The position numbers and the translations under genes were made by a program. A DNA stretch of 64,000 bases from positions 58,840,001 to 58,904,000 of the forward strand of contig NW_024704743.1 in NCBI RefSeq assembly GCF_018977255.1, given 5' to 3'. This document shows positions 24,569 through 38,454 of the stretch, piece after piece; positions within the stretch are counted from its first letter, which is position 1, and every line of letters starts with the position of its first letter. Origin of the DNA: Callorhinchus milii. Lineage: Eukaryota. The notes beneath the pieces were generated by a model. It worked only from the letters and a program-made list of their open reading frames with translations. It made no database searches and had not been told where the DNA came from.

Positions 24569-27500
24569 CATTTGAGTTTTATCTCGAGACGTACCTCTTT
24601 GACTGCATCTTCGGCATCTTTCTCCTCCCACTCAGCTCCCACTCTCAGGCCGGATGTCCAGCACTTTGGGACGTCCTCTCGACATGAAAGACGCTATATA
24701 AATGTAAACTTGGTGTATGCATATTTCACAACTTTGTATCTGTGTGCTTGGTTTGCAAGTTGGTAAAGACAAAATAGTAAAGTGTCCAATGAAGTTCAAA
24801 ATGAAAATTGGAGGGGAGGGAGCGAAGAAGTGTCTCAGACTTGGTAAGGTTTACCCCTTAGTGTGAAAAATTACAAAACTGATTATCTGTATTGTGTCTC
24901 TCGCCTGCTGTGAAAATCTGCTGTGCCACTTTCACAGTAAAAAAAATTGTAAACCATGCTGGTAAAATTGTCTTCTGTTGTGTGTAGCTCTCTGCTCTCA
25001 GTAATCTGGGGCAGCAGCATATTGGAGCAATAGCATTCCAAGAAAATGAATACAGCAGTTATGTTTTAGAAATAAGTGGACGAAAACATCTGATTTTAAG
25101 TAAGGAAATTATTCCTGCCATTAAACGTCAATCTCAGTGACCTACTTTCATGAAACACTTCTATGACAGTTTCATGGACTTTTGCTCATTGGTCTGGTAA
25201 GACTTGGCGAGCTGCCTTGGTCTGCTAAAATTCCGGCAGCAGCACCCACTTTAAAATCAAATCCCTCCTCAGATCAATTTGTTCAGATTTCCGAAACTAA
25301 ATATTAATTTCTCCCTTCCACTCTTTCTAAGATAATATTCCTAACTGCAGGGGATATTGATACATAACTGAGCCCTAAGCTCCTGCTCTAAATATGCAAG
25401 ATGGGTCCATGGTTTCGATATGCCCTCCGCACGTTTTTGCACTATCTTGTTCATAGGGCATGGCTGAGATTTTCCGTACAGGGAATTGAGTCATTGTTTG
25501 AGCTTATTGGGGCTCTTTCTCACACACCCACGAGACAGATGAGAGTATTCCTGACCGTGCCTTCATAACTATCATGTATGAGATTTATGTCAGCCACTAG
25601 TTTGTTTTGGTATTTTGAGAATGATTACATAAACCTTAAAAGTGGACCATTGTATCTTGACTGAAGAAGAGAATAACCTTTCTAGTCTAGAAGAATGTAA
25701 CCTACCAGGAATTTTTGTTTGCAATCCATCAGTATATATGAAGAACTCTGAATGCGTTTTGGAATCTGAATCAATCTGACTTGGGTTAGTTTTGAATATT
25801 GAAGATGCAATGCTGGCACAATTAGCAGCACTCCTTCCTGAGTCTGAAAGTTATGTGTAGTTTCTCTCCCAAGTTCATGTAGTTTAGGGTGATACTCCAA
25901 TACAGTGCTAAGGGTGTGCTGTATTATTGGAGGTGACGTCCTTCGATTGAGACACTAAACCGTAGTCCCATCTGTCTTTCAGATGGATGTTAAAGTTCCC
26001 TTGGCACTGCTCGAAAAGAGTTTCTCCTGGTGTTTTAGCTAGGCTAACATTCCCCCAGATAATTGGCTGCCCGTTTTAAGAAAAACTGCAATACACATAC
26101 ACTGCAAATGCATTTTGCCTTTTCTTTTAGATTGTTGTGCACATATTTTCACTGTGTTGATATTAAAAAATGGCATTGAAATATGTGATTGATCGCCAGT
26201 GTTTGTCAGGCATAGAAATGAGCATTTTGTAAAAATAAAATGAATATTTGCTTGTCTAATAGCTTCACATGAAAACAGTAAAATTGGTTCCGGTGTAGTA
26301 TGTTACAGTAGCTGCCGCATATATGCATGCCATCCATCCACATGTTAGATTTTATGTGAAAATAAAAACTGGTTGTGCATATGCGAGTGAAGTTATGTTT
26401 GATTTATTTTTATGGTGTAACTATGAATCAGCAATGATACGGTGCAGGATGAGAGTGAGAGAAAATCACACTTAGGGTTAGTGAAGTACTGTGGAAGCAG
26501 CATAACGCCTGATGCAAAAAATTTTCAGTGAGTAAGGAGCCAATTTGTATTGGCCCATTGTCCACACTATCCATTGTCCACACTATCTCCGTATCACGTA
26601 ATGGATCTGCAAAACTCACAATTAGTACAGATAAATTGTCCTTACCAAAGTTGTACAGTAATTATCATTAGGCTTTGACAAGAAAAGTTAAGAACACGTC
26701 TAATCCTCTCAAGTCTGTCTTGTATCATTGGGGATCTGACTGCTCTTGCCAAATATATGGCTTCAGAGACAGTTCAGTCCTGGGGTAGCGTCCTTTCCTC
26801 CCTCCTTCCCCTCCCAATAGCCTTCATTTTAGCACTTTTGTAAGGGTGACTGGATCCACTGGGATTTAAACACATAATCTTTTGGTCTGTCATATAGTAC
26901 TTGCTAATTAAGCTACCCAGGCTGTGTAGTTTTACATTAGAAATGACTACTTTCCTGTTGTTGCAGTAAGCATGATTCACTTATAGTTAGAGGCGAGTTG
27001 GAATGCATGCCCCTTTTCAATCACTTTTTTTGGCCTTCAGATTTAAAGCATCATAATTAGGAAATTGCTCTGGGGAAAAAGTATGAACACTATCTTCTTT
27101 GCCATCCAGCCTTTTCTGATCACAGCTGAGTGCTCTGTTCAATTTAGATGGTGCATAATTATCTATCTCTATTAGATATAGGTAGAGAAATTGTTGCTTG
27201 GAAAAATTCAATTTTTTTTAAAGAAAACTCTTTATAAAAGAAGTTATTATCTGATTTTTTAAAAAAAGTACATTACTGGTTGGATTAATTTTCCAACTAG
27301 ATCAACATAGACAAAAGCAGAGATAATATTGGTCCATTCATTCTGCTAAGTAAAATCAGTAAGCTGCTGCAAGCTGATGACTTGTCTGTCCAGAGTAGTC
27401 TTTTTAAAGGTAATTTCAACTTTCATAACAACCAAAATGTTGCTGCTCTTGCAGCTTGAGGTGTAATGCATTGTAGTAACTAGCATAGAAAAAGCTTATC

Positions 27501-29144
27501 AATTTAGAATAAAGCATATAGTGTGTGGGCAAAGAATTAATCAATAACTATTCTCAGAAGATGGAATAGCAATTGAAGCAGACCCTTGACAGATATATTA
27601 AAACTACTGGTCATGAAATCATTATTCCATGTCTGCAAACGTGTCCAGACGATATGAATAAGACCGTATGGTGCCAGTGAATTTATTTTCCCTTTTTCCC
27701 AATATTTCTTTCCTGTATAAAAGTTGTTTCTAAATTTCTATGGTGTGGGGGCATTTGAGGGATGAATATTTTAAAGGGGCACCAGCCGGGCTAGGATCTC
27801 ATTTTGCTAGCTTTTAAAAACGAGTTATGCAGTGACCTGTTTGGTGCAGATGTCATCGGCTTTTTGTGATTTCATCACTGTGGAAAACTTGTTTGATTTA
27901 AAAATGTTAAACTAGGAGTAAACGTATTTATGAAAAAAACGGAAGATCATACGATGTTTGCAGCACAGAACAAGACCATTCATCCCATTGTGTCACTGCT
28001 GGTACTAGCTACCCAGCTGAAGCCATCTGGAGTTCTTTTTTCTGAATAAATTGAACAACTTATGTTTCTAATTTTGCATGTAAAACATTAACGTACTTCT
28101 TAAAGCTTTATCTCCTTCAAGATCTTCCAAGATCTTTAAAATATCTTAAGATTACACAATCCAATTGAATTCATATGCAGAGGAAAATGTAGGAGACAAA
28201 ATATGTTTTTGTACTTTTTAGGTTCCATCAAAGTCGCTGGAATGAAGCAGATCAAGCTGAAGCCTGTGCCTAATTATCATTTGTAAGGCAAAGAATTAGG
28301 ACAATATCTGGTAGTTATTGGCGGGTGTATATAGTAGGGCTGTCAGCCTATGACAATTTAGATGTAGTTCAAACTTGTTGTCTATTGTCAAACCATTAGA
28401 CAGGTGATTATTTAAGAAATATTTTGTGGGGAGGGGGTGGATTCATTGTTTTTCTTGAAAAAAGGTAAGACTGGTCTATTTTAATTGATTTATATCAAAA
28501 TTTTGCGCAAACATCTGAGTAAATACCCACAAGCACTTTAAAATATATTTGCTTTCTTGCAATGTGGGATTTTAAGTGCGAACTTAAAGCTTGCTGCTGA
28601 GCTTTTGTTTAGACAGTCTCTGTGGTCTGTGTTGTATGCCATTGTCGGGTAATCTGATTCATTCTTATAATGGCGACTGTGTTAATAAATAATCAACAAT
28701 CATTGCATTAGATAGAAAGCCTTTTACATCAGGAGGACATCTGCAAATTCTTCATAGGATTTACTATATAGTAAATGCGTATTTGTTGGTGAATGTGCAA
28801 CCAATTTGAGCACAGCAATGTCCCACAAAGAGCTATAAAGTGAATAACTTATTTAATCTGGAGGAAATGCTGGTCAGAATACCAAGATAAACTCCCTTCT
28901 TTTATCGAATAATGCAATGGGATCTTTAACGTCCACCTGAACAGACAATCAGTACCTCAGTTTAGCAAGTCATCCAAAGGATGACACCTCTGACAATGCA
29001 TCTTTCCACCATACATTGTAATATCAGCCTAGACCGTGTGAGCATTTCCAACTATATGCTGTGTGTGTATGGAAGGGATGTGTGTGTGTGTATAGAGAGG
29101 GGTAGTGCAGAGAGGGGTGAAAAGGTTGTGTATCGTGTCTCCAA

Positions 29145-29380
29145 AGCCTCCCCCACCCTCTAGAATTCCACCCCAGAGCCCCTCCACATAACTCCCTCCC
29201 TTGCCTCCTTCAAGGCCTGTCTCAAGTCCTTTCTCCTTGACCGTGTCTTCAGTCATTTACCTTTGCCCCCCATCAAAAGTGGTTTCAACCCCCAGCTTGG
29301 TTGCAGACCCTTGAATGTCCAGTACCTTGGGTCGTCCTCCCGATGCAAAAGGCACTGTGTAAATGCAATTTGTTGTTGTC
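29145..29380 (+). mobile_element. L2 3' fragment
   Basis: ttgcctccttcaaggcctgtctcaag motif and tail ending aaatgcaatttgttgttg. Confidence 0.75.
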
Positions 29381-29886
29381 GCTCTAATTATACATTTTCC
29401 TTTCTCCTCACTCCCTCCTTGTGCTTTTACAAATTCTTGCTTGTTTTCCCCTTTTATTTTCTCACTTATTTTGTCTTCCTGATTTGTTTCATTTAACCGA
29501 TTTTCAGAAGTCTCTCCTCATTCTTCCCATTATGCCATAGTTTTTTCTTTTGGCCCAAATTGCTGTCCAGTTGTATCTTGCATCAATCCAGCTGTGCAAT
29601 TGTTTGGGACGTTTGATTCCCATCCCTTCTCTGCTCCTGTTCCAAATTCTGTCTTCTGATTACATCTAGGCATGTCCAAATCACTCTTGTACTGTGTCCC
29701 ATTTAGCGCTCCGGGATGCTATCCCATTGAAGGGCGCTATATAAATGCGAGTTATTATTATATTCAACGTGATTCTAAACTCTCTTCAAATTGTTGTCAC
29801 AAACTCAAAAATATCAGTCATGCAACCTGTGTACTGAGTGAATTAATCCAAATACTTTTATCTGACCTCTTTCAGTACAGTATGTC

Positions 29887-30450
29887 AATTAAGGCCTCAG
29901 CTAGAATGCTGCGTTCAGTTCTGGACACCATATTTTAGGAAGGATGTCAAGGCATTGGAGAGGGTGCAAAGGAGATTTACCAGGATGGTACCAGGAATGA
30001 GAGACTTGAGTTATCAGGAGAGGCTAGAGAAGCTAGGATTAATCTCCTTGGAGCAGAGAAGGTTAAGAGGAGACTTAATAGAAGTTTTCAAAATTATGAG
30101 GAGATTCGATAGGGTGAACAAGGAAAAACTATTTACACTGGCGGGTGGGTCGGTAACACAAGGACACCAATTTAAAATAGTTGTTAAAAGAAACAGAGGG
30201 GAGGTGAGAAGGCATTTTTTTACACAGCGAGTTGTTCGGATCTGGAATGCATTGCTTGAAAGGGTGGTGGAAGCCGATTCAATAACAGCTTTTAAGAGAG
30301 AAGCAGATAATTATTTGGGGAGGATAAGTTTGCAGGGCTATGGGGAGGGAGCGGGGGAGTGGGATTGAATTGAATAGCCTTTTCAAAGAGCTGGCACAGA
30401 CACGATGGACCGAATAGCTTCCTTCTGTATAATTCTATGATTCTATGATT
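29887..30450 (+). mobile_element. CR1 LINE 3' fragment
   Basis: ORF 29955-30368 ERVQRRFTRMVPGM...LEQRRLRGDLIEVFKIM...FFTQRVVRIWNAL; (ATTCTATG)n tail. Confidence 0.93.
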
Positions 30451-31909
30451 TAATGCTTGCAGTGAAGAAATGCCGAATATCTATTGGAAAGGTTTCACAC
30501 TAATGCATAGTTTTTCAGCAGAGATGTTTGTTAACAAATGTACTCTTTAGAAAAATCCTGGGAAGATATTTTTTAGGTAAATGTTGTACAGAAGCGAATA
30601 GATTGGTAATATTTTCTTTGCAAAATTTACAAAATATGTGGAGGGGGGTGGAACAAATGCACAATGGAGTGATCGGATGTGGGTTATTCGCATTTATCTT
30701 TGTTGTGGCAACAATCTCAAATGTGTCATGGTACAGGAGATGTTAGGGAGAGATCAGATTCCTTCTAGGCCAAAGAAGGAAAAAGGAAATGACTGGTTTG
30801 CAGAGCAAGAGTATTGGCAGAATCCTGGGTAACCAATTGAGCAGATAGGTAATGTTTGGCGTTAAGGAAATGTAAGAATGCCAACTGTTTGGGATGGTTT
30901 CATGATATACCAAACTTCAGATCGGCTTTCAGTATGGTTTGAAATTGTACTCTGTCGTTTTCAATAGATCCATAGAGAAGCACAACACAGCAGTAGGCCA
31001 TTTGGTCCTTTTTTCATGTATGTTTGCTCCAACAAGAAGCCATCTATTTTAATCCTAATTCCCTGTTCTAATACCCATCTATTTTCTATTAGACCACTCT
31101 GAAACCCACAGGGATGCTCTCTATTGGTGAACTCACTCGAGTGGGTGAGGCAGGGGATTAGCTCTGCAGGAGCTGTTTCTTGATTCCATGCTGTTTGTAT
31201 TCTCTTGGAGAAAGGGGCATTTTAACAAGATAACACGTTATATTAAAACCTCATCATAATGTACTTCATTATAACTTGGGTTTGCTTCTTACCTGATTTG
31301 GTGTGGGCCTTGATGTATCCTTACTAAAACAAAAAAAATCCCAAGTGTGTATAGAATGCCATCTAGCTAGCTTCAAATATCAGCTGGCCTGTTTTTCATG
31401 CACTGAAAATCCCTGACTTTCGGGTTGCTGGGTTTCTGAGGCTCTACTGTATGTAGCCAACTGCCAAATATAAGGGAGAAATCACATTCAAAAAGAACTG
31501 AATACGACTTCTCTGATGGTGTAAGCCACTGTCTATGAAACTGAGTTGTATAGAGTTGCAGTGTTCCAGATTTGAGTTGCAGCCTGCTGTATTGCTGACC
31601 CAATCAGTGGAGTAGCGGATGCTCCAGAGTTAGTCTCATTGCTAATTTGGAAGGACTCACATTGTAGAATCAGTCACTGTCTGAATAGTGATTAACAGTG
31701 TGCAAGGTTGCATGCTATAATAATCCTTACGGTTGATATATCACCTTTCACACGCGAGAGGAGAATGTCTCAAAGCACTTCACAAGATCTACTGTAAAGG
31801 CTTTGAATGTATTTTTTTTAGGGAAATGCAGCAGTTAGTTTGTGCACAGCAGAGTACCACATCAGGCATGACTGCTTGATCTGTATGGTGCTCGCGGCAC
31901 CTCAAGGAG

Positions 31910-32510
31910 CCTTGCAGAACCTCAATGTCTTGTTTAATCCCCAGCTATTCTTCAGATATCCTGCTCTCACTAACACTCCTTTCCCTCACCACTTGAAACA
32001 TCACCCACCACTGCCTCTTCCTTTCCGGGCTGCTGTGACCTTCATCCATTCCTTAATCGCCTTCAGGCTGGATTTATCCAGGCACCCTGCTCACTACTCT
32101 CCATAGCTCCTCTCTGCACACGGTTCAGATCATTTCAGACTCTGCAGCTGGTGTCTTCTCCTGCAAGCTCATCCTCATTCAGCTCCACTGACTCCTCATC
32201 TCCCTGCAGATCAAATAGAAAATTCTCATCCTCTTTCAGCTATCTCCAAGGCCTCGCTCCACCCCACCTCCATGATCTCCTATGACCCAGCTGCCCTGGT
32301 TCTTCCCTCCGCTTATCTAACACCAGCCTGCTTCATGTCTTTCACCATTCTGTCTTCAGGCACACTTCTACATCTAACATGTCATCCCTTCACCTCGCCC
32401 CCTCCCACTCCACCTTCAAGACTCACCTTAAGACCTAATTCTTCAACAGTGTTTTCAGCTACCTTTTCCCTTCCCCTCCTCAACTACACCGCCTCCCTTT
32501 TCCCCACCCC
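31910..32510 (+). mobile_element. Old decayed L2 RT fragment
   Basis: gaacctcaatgtcttgttt (NLGVLF), ttcaggctggatt (SRLD) and ctccactgactcc (LHWLP) remnants. Confidence 0.65.
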
Positions 32511-34321
32511 CAGTGTCAGTCTAGCTCAGTTGGTAGCACTCTTGAGTCAGAAGGTTGTAGGTTCAAGCCCCATATCGGGACTTCAAATCACATAGTCTAA
32601 GGTGACTCTCCAGTGCGATATTGGGGTGTGCTCCATTGTTGGAGGTTCATCCTTCATCCATGTCTTAATTGCCTCCAGGCTCGACTTATTCAGGCACCCT
32701 ACCCAGGTTAAGCACTCTGGGACGATACCCTAATACATTACAAAATTACATTTGTATAGCGCCTTTCACATCGGGAGGACGTCCCAAGGCGCAGCATTGC
32801 AGGTTGTTGTTGTTTTTGTTGTTGAGGTCCTGTCTGCCTTTTCAAGTGGACATTAAAGATCCCATGGTACTGTGTGAAAAGAGAAGGGAGTTTCTCCCAG
32901 TGGCCTCACCAAACTCATGGTTGTTTGTGGGGGACACTGCTTTGTACAACTACCCCTTAATAATAATAATCTTTGCATTTGATATGACGCATTTCACGTC
33001 TTCCAGATATCTCAAAGTGCTTCACAGAATCTGCTGTAAAGTGAATTGACTGTATATTTGTGGGTGAAACTAACACGTTTGGATTTATTGAACCAAAACA
33101 GTGTGTTATAATGGGGGTCTTCTGTATTTATCTTGTAATAATAATAATCATTCCAATTCATCTTGGAACTAAGTAAATATTTTTTATGATATTGTAATGG
33201 ATAACAGTCTTATTTTTATTTGAGTAATTTAACTGTTATCCCTGTGATTCAGAAGCCAAACATGTTGTGGAATTTGCTGAGTTTGGATTTCATTTCTAAA
33301 TGGCAGTTTTTTGAACTCCCAGTGCTGGCGCTCAAGGCAAAATGTTCATTGAAATGACTTTTGGAACACATGATATTAAATTGGTTGCCTAAGGCTGGAA
33401 GCATCATTTTGATGCTTGCTTTGTCGGGATAGTACTTATCTTTGTATTCCAGCTTTGAAAATCTATAAGGATGCAACATTATCCACATATCTGTAGCTTT
33501 TACTTTTGCCGTAACTGTTCCACCAATATTTACATTTTGTGCAATGTACATCAAAGGTAAATAATAATTCCATTATTGTTGTAGGTGAAAGTATATTAAT
33601 GATGCATCTTTATTGCAAGATCCAAAATAAAACAGATTATAGAAAGGATCATAATGAGGAATAGAATTATTCATATGTGTTGCAGATGTGTGTCCTTTTT
33701 CATTTTTGTTAGCACGCATGTACAGAAAGTGTTGTCAGTGGTTCAGTAATGGTGTAATGTCGCACTAATGTGTGAACCAGTTGTTTAAGATACAACTGCT
33801 GAAGTAGTTGTAAAGATATATAATTTAGGCAGTTTATGTCATGTAAGTAGGAAGAGCAGTAGTGCCTTATTTTCAGTCGTATTGAATACTAAAAGCAGTT
33901 AACAGCTTTTTATTATTTTCAAGTTATCACATGTTGCTACACATAGATAATGAATGCCCTTTGTATGGCAGAATACATTTTCTGAAATGGAGAATCAAAG
34001 TGTATTTTGAGTTTGCACTACATTTATTTCAAAAATCTGCATTATAAAAGACACAGTCCAGGTTGAAGGGCGCTATATAAATGCAAGTTGTTGTTATTCT
34101 GCTTAATATTTTTATGCATTCTAGAAAGTTTTTACCAATACTTGATGACTGGAGGAAGCAAATGTTAATCAATCACAAGGGGTGAGACCTTAAACCTGGA
34201 AATTTTACACTAGTCAGCAAAACAACTGTAGCGAGAAAATGCATCAGAGAATTTTGTGGGATATTATCAACGTGGATTTAGAAGCGATAGTTGGAAGCAA
34301 CGTGGATTTAGAAGCAACCCA

Positions 34322-34508
34322 GAGTCCTGTAACTTAGTGGTTAGAGCACTCGCCTTGCAAGCGAGAAGAACTGGGTTTGATTTGTGCACAAATCGCAGTC
34401 GTGTTTCGCCCACAAAATATACACTTTACAGTATATTCTGTGAAGCACTTTGAGACGTCTAGAAGACGTGATAGGGTGCTTTATCAAGTGCAAGGATTAT
34501 CTTATTAT
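34322..34508 (+). mobile_element. Internally deleted SINE copy
   Basis: tRNA head joined directly to the Deu 3' part; tail gagacgtctagaagacgtg. Confidence 0.85.
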
Positions 34509-34713
34509 GATAACCCCCAGCTTGGGTCCAAATCCCTGACTCCTGCACCTTAGGACATCTTGCCGACGTGAAAGGCACTATACAAATGTAATGTTGTTGT
34601 TATCTATCAGATGTATTGGAATATTTTTTTAACCAACAGCAAGATTACATTTGTATAGCGCCTTTCACATCAGGAGCACGTCCCAAGGCGCTGGATATTT
34701 TTAAAGATCATAG

Positions 34714-35394
34714 CCTGGCACTGTAGAAAAGTGCAGCTACCCTTTTTCCGTGGAATCCACTACAAACATCATCATCCACTACAAAGCTACTATACATATA
34801 GTTTCTGGCCTGCGAGCCTCCCGGCTGTTTACCTGACGTCGCTGTAGTCGGAGCAGCTCTGGACATTCATGCGCAGTGCGGCAAAAGCAGCAAATGGATT
34901 TCCCTCAGAGGCCCCGCTGTTGTGATTGTTTGTGTGTCTGTGAGTGTATATTGGGACGTCCTCCCGACGTGAAAGGCGCTCTATAAATGGAATCTTGTTG
35001 TTGTTGTTGTATATCTCTCTCTCTCACTTGTCTGTGAGTGTGTGTATCTGAGTGTGTGTCTATCTCTCTGGATCTGTGTGCGGTGCTGGGTCCTGAGAGC
35101 TCTTGTAGTCTCACTGGTGTGTCCCCCCCCCACAAAAGGCAATCCAATTTTTGGTAAAGAAGCAATTAATATTTTTTTTGCAATAATCTAATATGTGTTA
35201 TTTTCTCATGTTCAGTTTTTATCGATAAAGTGAAAAAATGTAGGTTGGCAGTAAAATGTACCTCAATAGCACCAATCAACTCCCCCGCAATTTTCTGCAA
35301 AATTTGTCAAAAACTTCCCTACAATTTTCCCAAAAAATTTGAAATCTCCCTGGAATTTTTGGCAAATATTTCTGCACTTTTTCATTATCCCAGG
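34714..35394. mobile_element. Non-autonomous TIR DNA transposon, copy 2
   Basis: CCTGG..AAAAGTGCAG and CTGCACTTTT..CCAGG termini; exact TCATAG direct repeat at 34708-34713 and 35395-35400. Confidence 0.8.
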
Positions 35395-36499
35395 TCATAG
35401 ATAATGAAAGTAATGCTAATGGTTGGATTGAAAATTGGCTTAAAAATTCTGTAGGAAGAAGACAGTGATGATAACTAACAAAGGTCTGTTTTAGGCAGTA
35501 GCTAATAATTATACAATAATCTCTGCTAAGGTCCCTGCTTGTGACCTTGAGGGGAATTTTTTTTAATGTAAAATTTGTTAATGATACCTGCTTTGGATTA
35601 ATTCTTTTAAAAAACTGAATATCTGGTTGAGAACTGTATTGGAAGATACAGGAATCGGTGTGGCTACTAATGAGCCTGTTCTGTATAGGATAAACATAAT
35701 TTTATGTGCAGTTATGGGAGGGGAAGACCTGTCTGGCACAATGTCAGGTTTAAATCATAACAATGTGGGAATGGGAGAATAATCTAATCTTTTGTATGAT
35801 TTTGGAGTTTAGGGATTCTCTATGTAGAGCTTTCCCCGAGAGAGTGGGTCAGGTTTGTTTTTTGAAGGAATTAATCCATTATAGCTTAGAGCATTAGCAA
35901 ATGATGTCTTAATATTATTTATTATTAAATGTTGTATTACAAAAATGATTTCAAAGTCATTCTTGAGCAACGTGAGTAGCAGGGTTCTGCTGTACCTTTC
36001 ATTGCTTAGCCTGAATTACAATTCCTCTCTCCTATTACTCTCTTTGTTCTGTCTAACCAATTCTGTCAGCCAAACTCAACCTTGTCACGCTGCTGTTGCT
36101 TCTCTTGTGTTTCCATTTCTCACTTGCTAATCTTTAGAACTGAAAATGTGGTATCACTGGCCAAAGAAGTCATTTCTGTGACTGCATCTGTATAGTGGAA
36201 ACTTTGCTGCAAAATTACTGCAAAGTATATTTAATTTTATTTAAGTCAAATACCATAGATGCACAATCTCTAAAAAGATAGATAGTGAGTCAGTTGATGT
36301 AGCTCAGCCATCCTTCGCCTTATAAATGATGCTGCTGTCATTCGGGAGCTTATCAGTGACCAGCCCACCATGCACCCTCTATATATCAAACTCTTGGATG
36401 TCAAGCTATATCCAATCATTCTGTCAATGATTTAATTTGTTTTAAACCTGAAATTTAATTTCCAATGTATTTCAAATTATAATCCACAAATGAACAAAT

Positions 36500-36825
36500 T
36501 TACTAGGTTTCACACAATGCTGAAAGGCACAGACGATGTGAATGCAAACAGATTATTAGGACTTAGACTGTGATTGCAGAACTGAGGGGACAGGTTTAAA
36601 ATGAACCAGACTCAAACAAGACTAGAGATCAGAAAAAAAACATTTGGCTCTGAAGATATTTAAAAAAGGGATATCACACAGGAACGGACAATTCTAAGAG
36701 AATCCAAAGTAATTGGATAATGTGATAGATATGTCAAAAGAATCTTGTGGAAAGTTGGATGAGAGTGCTAGATTGACCATTAATCTATTCTTGCCTAAAA
36801 CATTGTACTTTGATGCATACTGTCT
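36500..36825 (+). mobile_element. Very old CR1-like remnant
   Basis: agaactgagggga (RTRG), agactagagatcagaaaa and a 3'-end-like gattgaccatt; heavily diverged. Confidence 0.45.
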
Positions 36826-36944
36826 AATAATATCTCTTTGCAGTTGCATAAAATGTAATGGAAAGCACAAATGAGAAGCCTGTTTGGACTTGCTCTTAAG
36901 GAAGGGGCTGTGTAATTCATTTATACATTTACCTTCAAGGTTCT

Positions 36945-38068
36945 GTCGTCGACTGGTTCAGGTCCTACCTTCCACACCGCCTCCACTTCGTCACGGCAAA
37001 CAGCTTCTCCTCCAGCCCCCGCACTGTCTCATGCAGTGTTCCTCAGGGCTCTGTCCTCCTCTTCACCCTCTACATGCTCCCCCTCGGTGACATCATCCAC
37101 AGACATGGGGTAAATTTCCACATTTATGCGGATGATACCCAACTCTACCTCTCTGCCTCCACCCTCAACTCCAGGACTATTGGCGTCCTGACCGATTGCC
37201 TGTCTGACATCAAGTCCTGGACGAGGGCCGACTTTCTCCAACTCAAAGTCAGCAAGACTGAAGCCCTCCTGATTGGCTCACACCAGCACCTCCACACCTC
37301 GGGTGTTGGCAGCATCAGCCTCCACGGCTCCACACTCAACCTCACTAAGCCAGTCAGGAACCTGGGTGTCTTGTTTGACCTTGAACTGTCCTTTCTCCCC
37401 CACACCTGCGCCATGACCGACACTGCCTACCACCACCTCCGCAACATTGCCAGACTCCGCCACTGCCTCACCCCTCAGGTTGCCGAAACCCTCACCCACG
37501 CATTCGGCACATCAAGGCTCGATTACGGGAACTCCCTCCTCATCGGCCTTCCCAACTCTTCCCTTCACAAGCTGCAGATCATCCAAAACTCTGCAGCTCA
37601 TGTACTTTCACTCACCAGGCTCCGTGATCCCATCACTCCCACCCTCGCCCGACTCCACTGGCTCCCCATCCCTCAGAGGATGGAGTTCAAGATCCTCGTC
37701 CTCATCTTTAACACCTCCCCCCGGGAGTGGGAGCCTTTCCCCCTCCCACCTCTCTGACCTGCTGACTCCCTATCAACCTGCCCGCTCCCTCCTTTCAGGG
37801 GGCTCCGGCCTGCTCCGTGTCTCCCGCCCTACCATCAGTGGCCGGGCTTTCAGCCTCTCTCCCCCCACACTCTGCAATTCCATCCCACGGTCCCTTCGCC
37901 TCACTTCCTCCCTTGCCTCCTTCAAGCCGGTCTCAAGACTCTTTGATCGTGCCTTTGGTCGCTCTCCCACCTCTCTGCCTTCCCTCACCCCTACACCACC
38001 CCTCCCCCATGGGACATCCTCCTGACGTGAAAGCCACTCTATAAATGTAATTTTGTTGTTGTTGTTGT
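36945..38068 (+). mobile_element. 5'-truncated L2 LINE (RT C-terminal half and 3' tail)
   Basis: ORF 37074-37757 with HIYADDTQLY and SRLDYGNSLL; L2 stem-loop tail followed by (TTG)n. Confidence 0.92.
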
Positions 38069-38454
38069 ACAAAGGCTGCAATTTATCAATGTTAAGCAAT
38101 TGACATTTGAGTTTCAGTTACAGTAGTGACGTGGCATCTGTTGTCATAGCATTAGTCCAACCTTAGCCAATGGCCAGATTAATTCAGTGCTGAGAATTGC
38201 TCCAATAACATTGAGTTTATCTTGCAGCAGGAATATCAAAATCAGACCCCTGCTTTGTAGTAACCTCATACCATTGTTTTTAGATCTAACGCAGCTTGAT
38301 CTGGGATGGGTTAAGAAGTCTCTTATGATTCCAGAATGTTTGTAACTCTAGTAAATACTTTATGTTGCATTTAGCAAAAAGACTAGCTGTGTACAGTTTT
38401 CTCCTATTTACTTGAGAAGAATTCCAGGCAGCGGCAGCAACATGGAAATATTTG

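Noticed and set aside
23956..24766. 191-aa and 144-aa ORFs
   Set aside because: They read through a CR1 fragment and a SINE; the same peptides recur at each SINE copy.
33249..33554. 101-aa minus-strand ORF as a nested gene
   Set aside because: No recognisable domain or supporting exon structure; its length is compatible with chance.
34268..34317. 18-bp direct repeat caacgtggatttagaagc x2, plus short duplications at about 12452-12484, 26555-26588 and 34755-34785
   Set aside because: Simple local duplications with no further structure.
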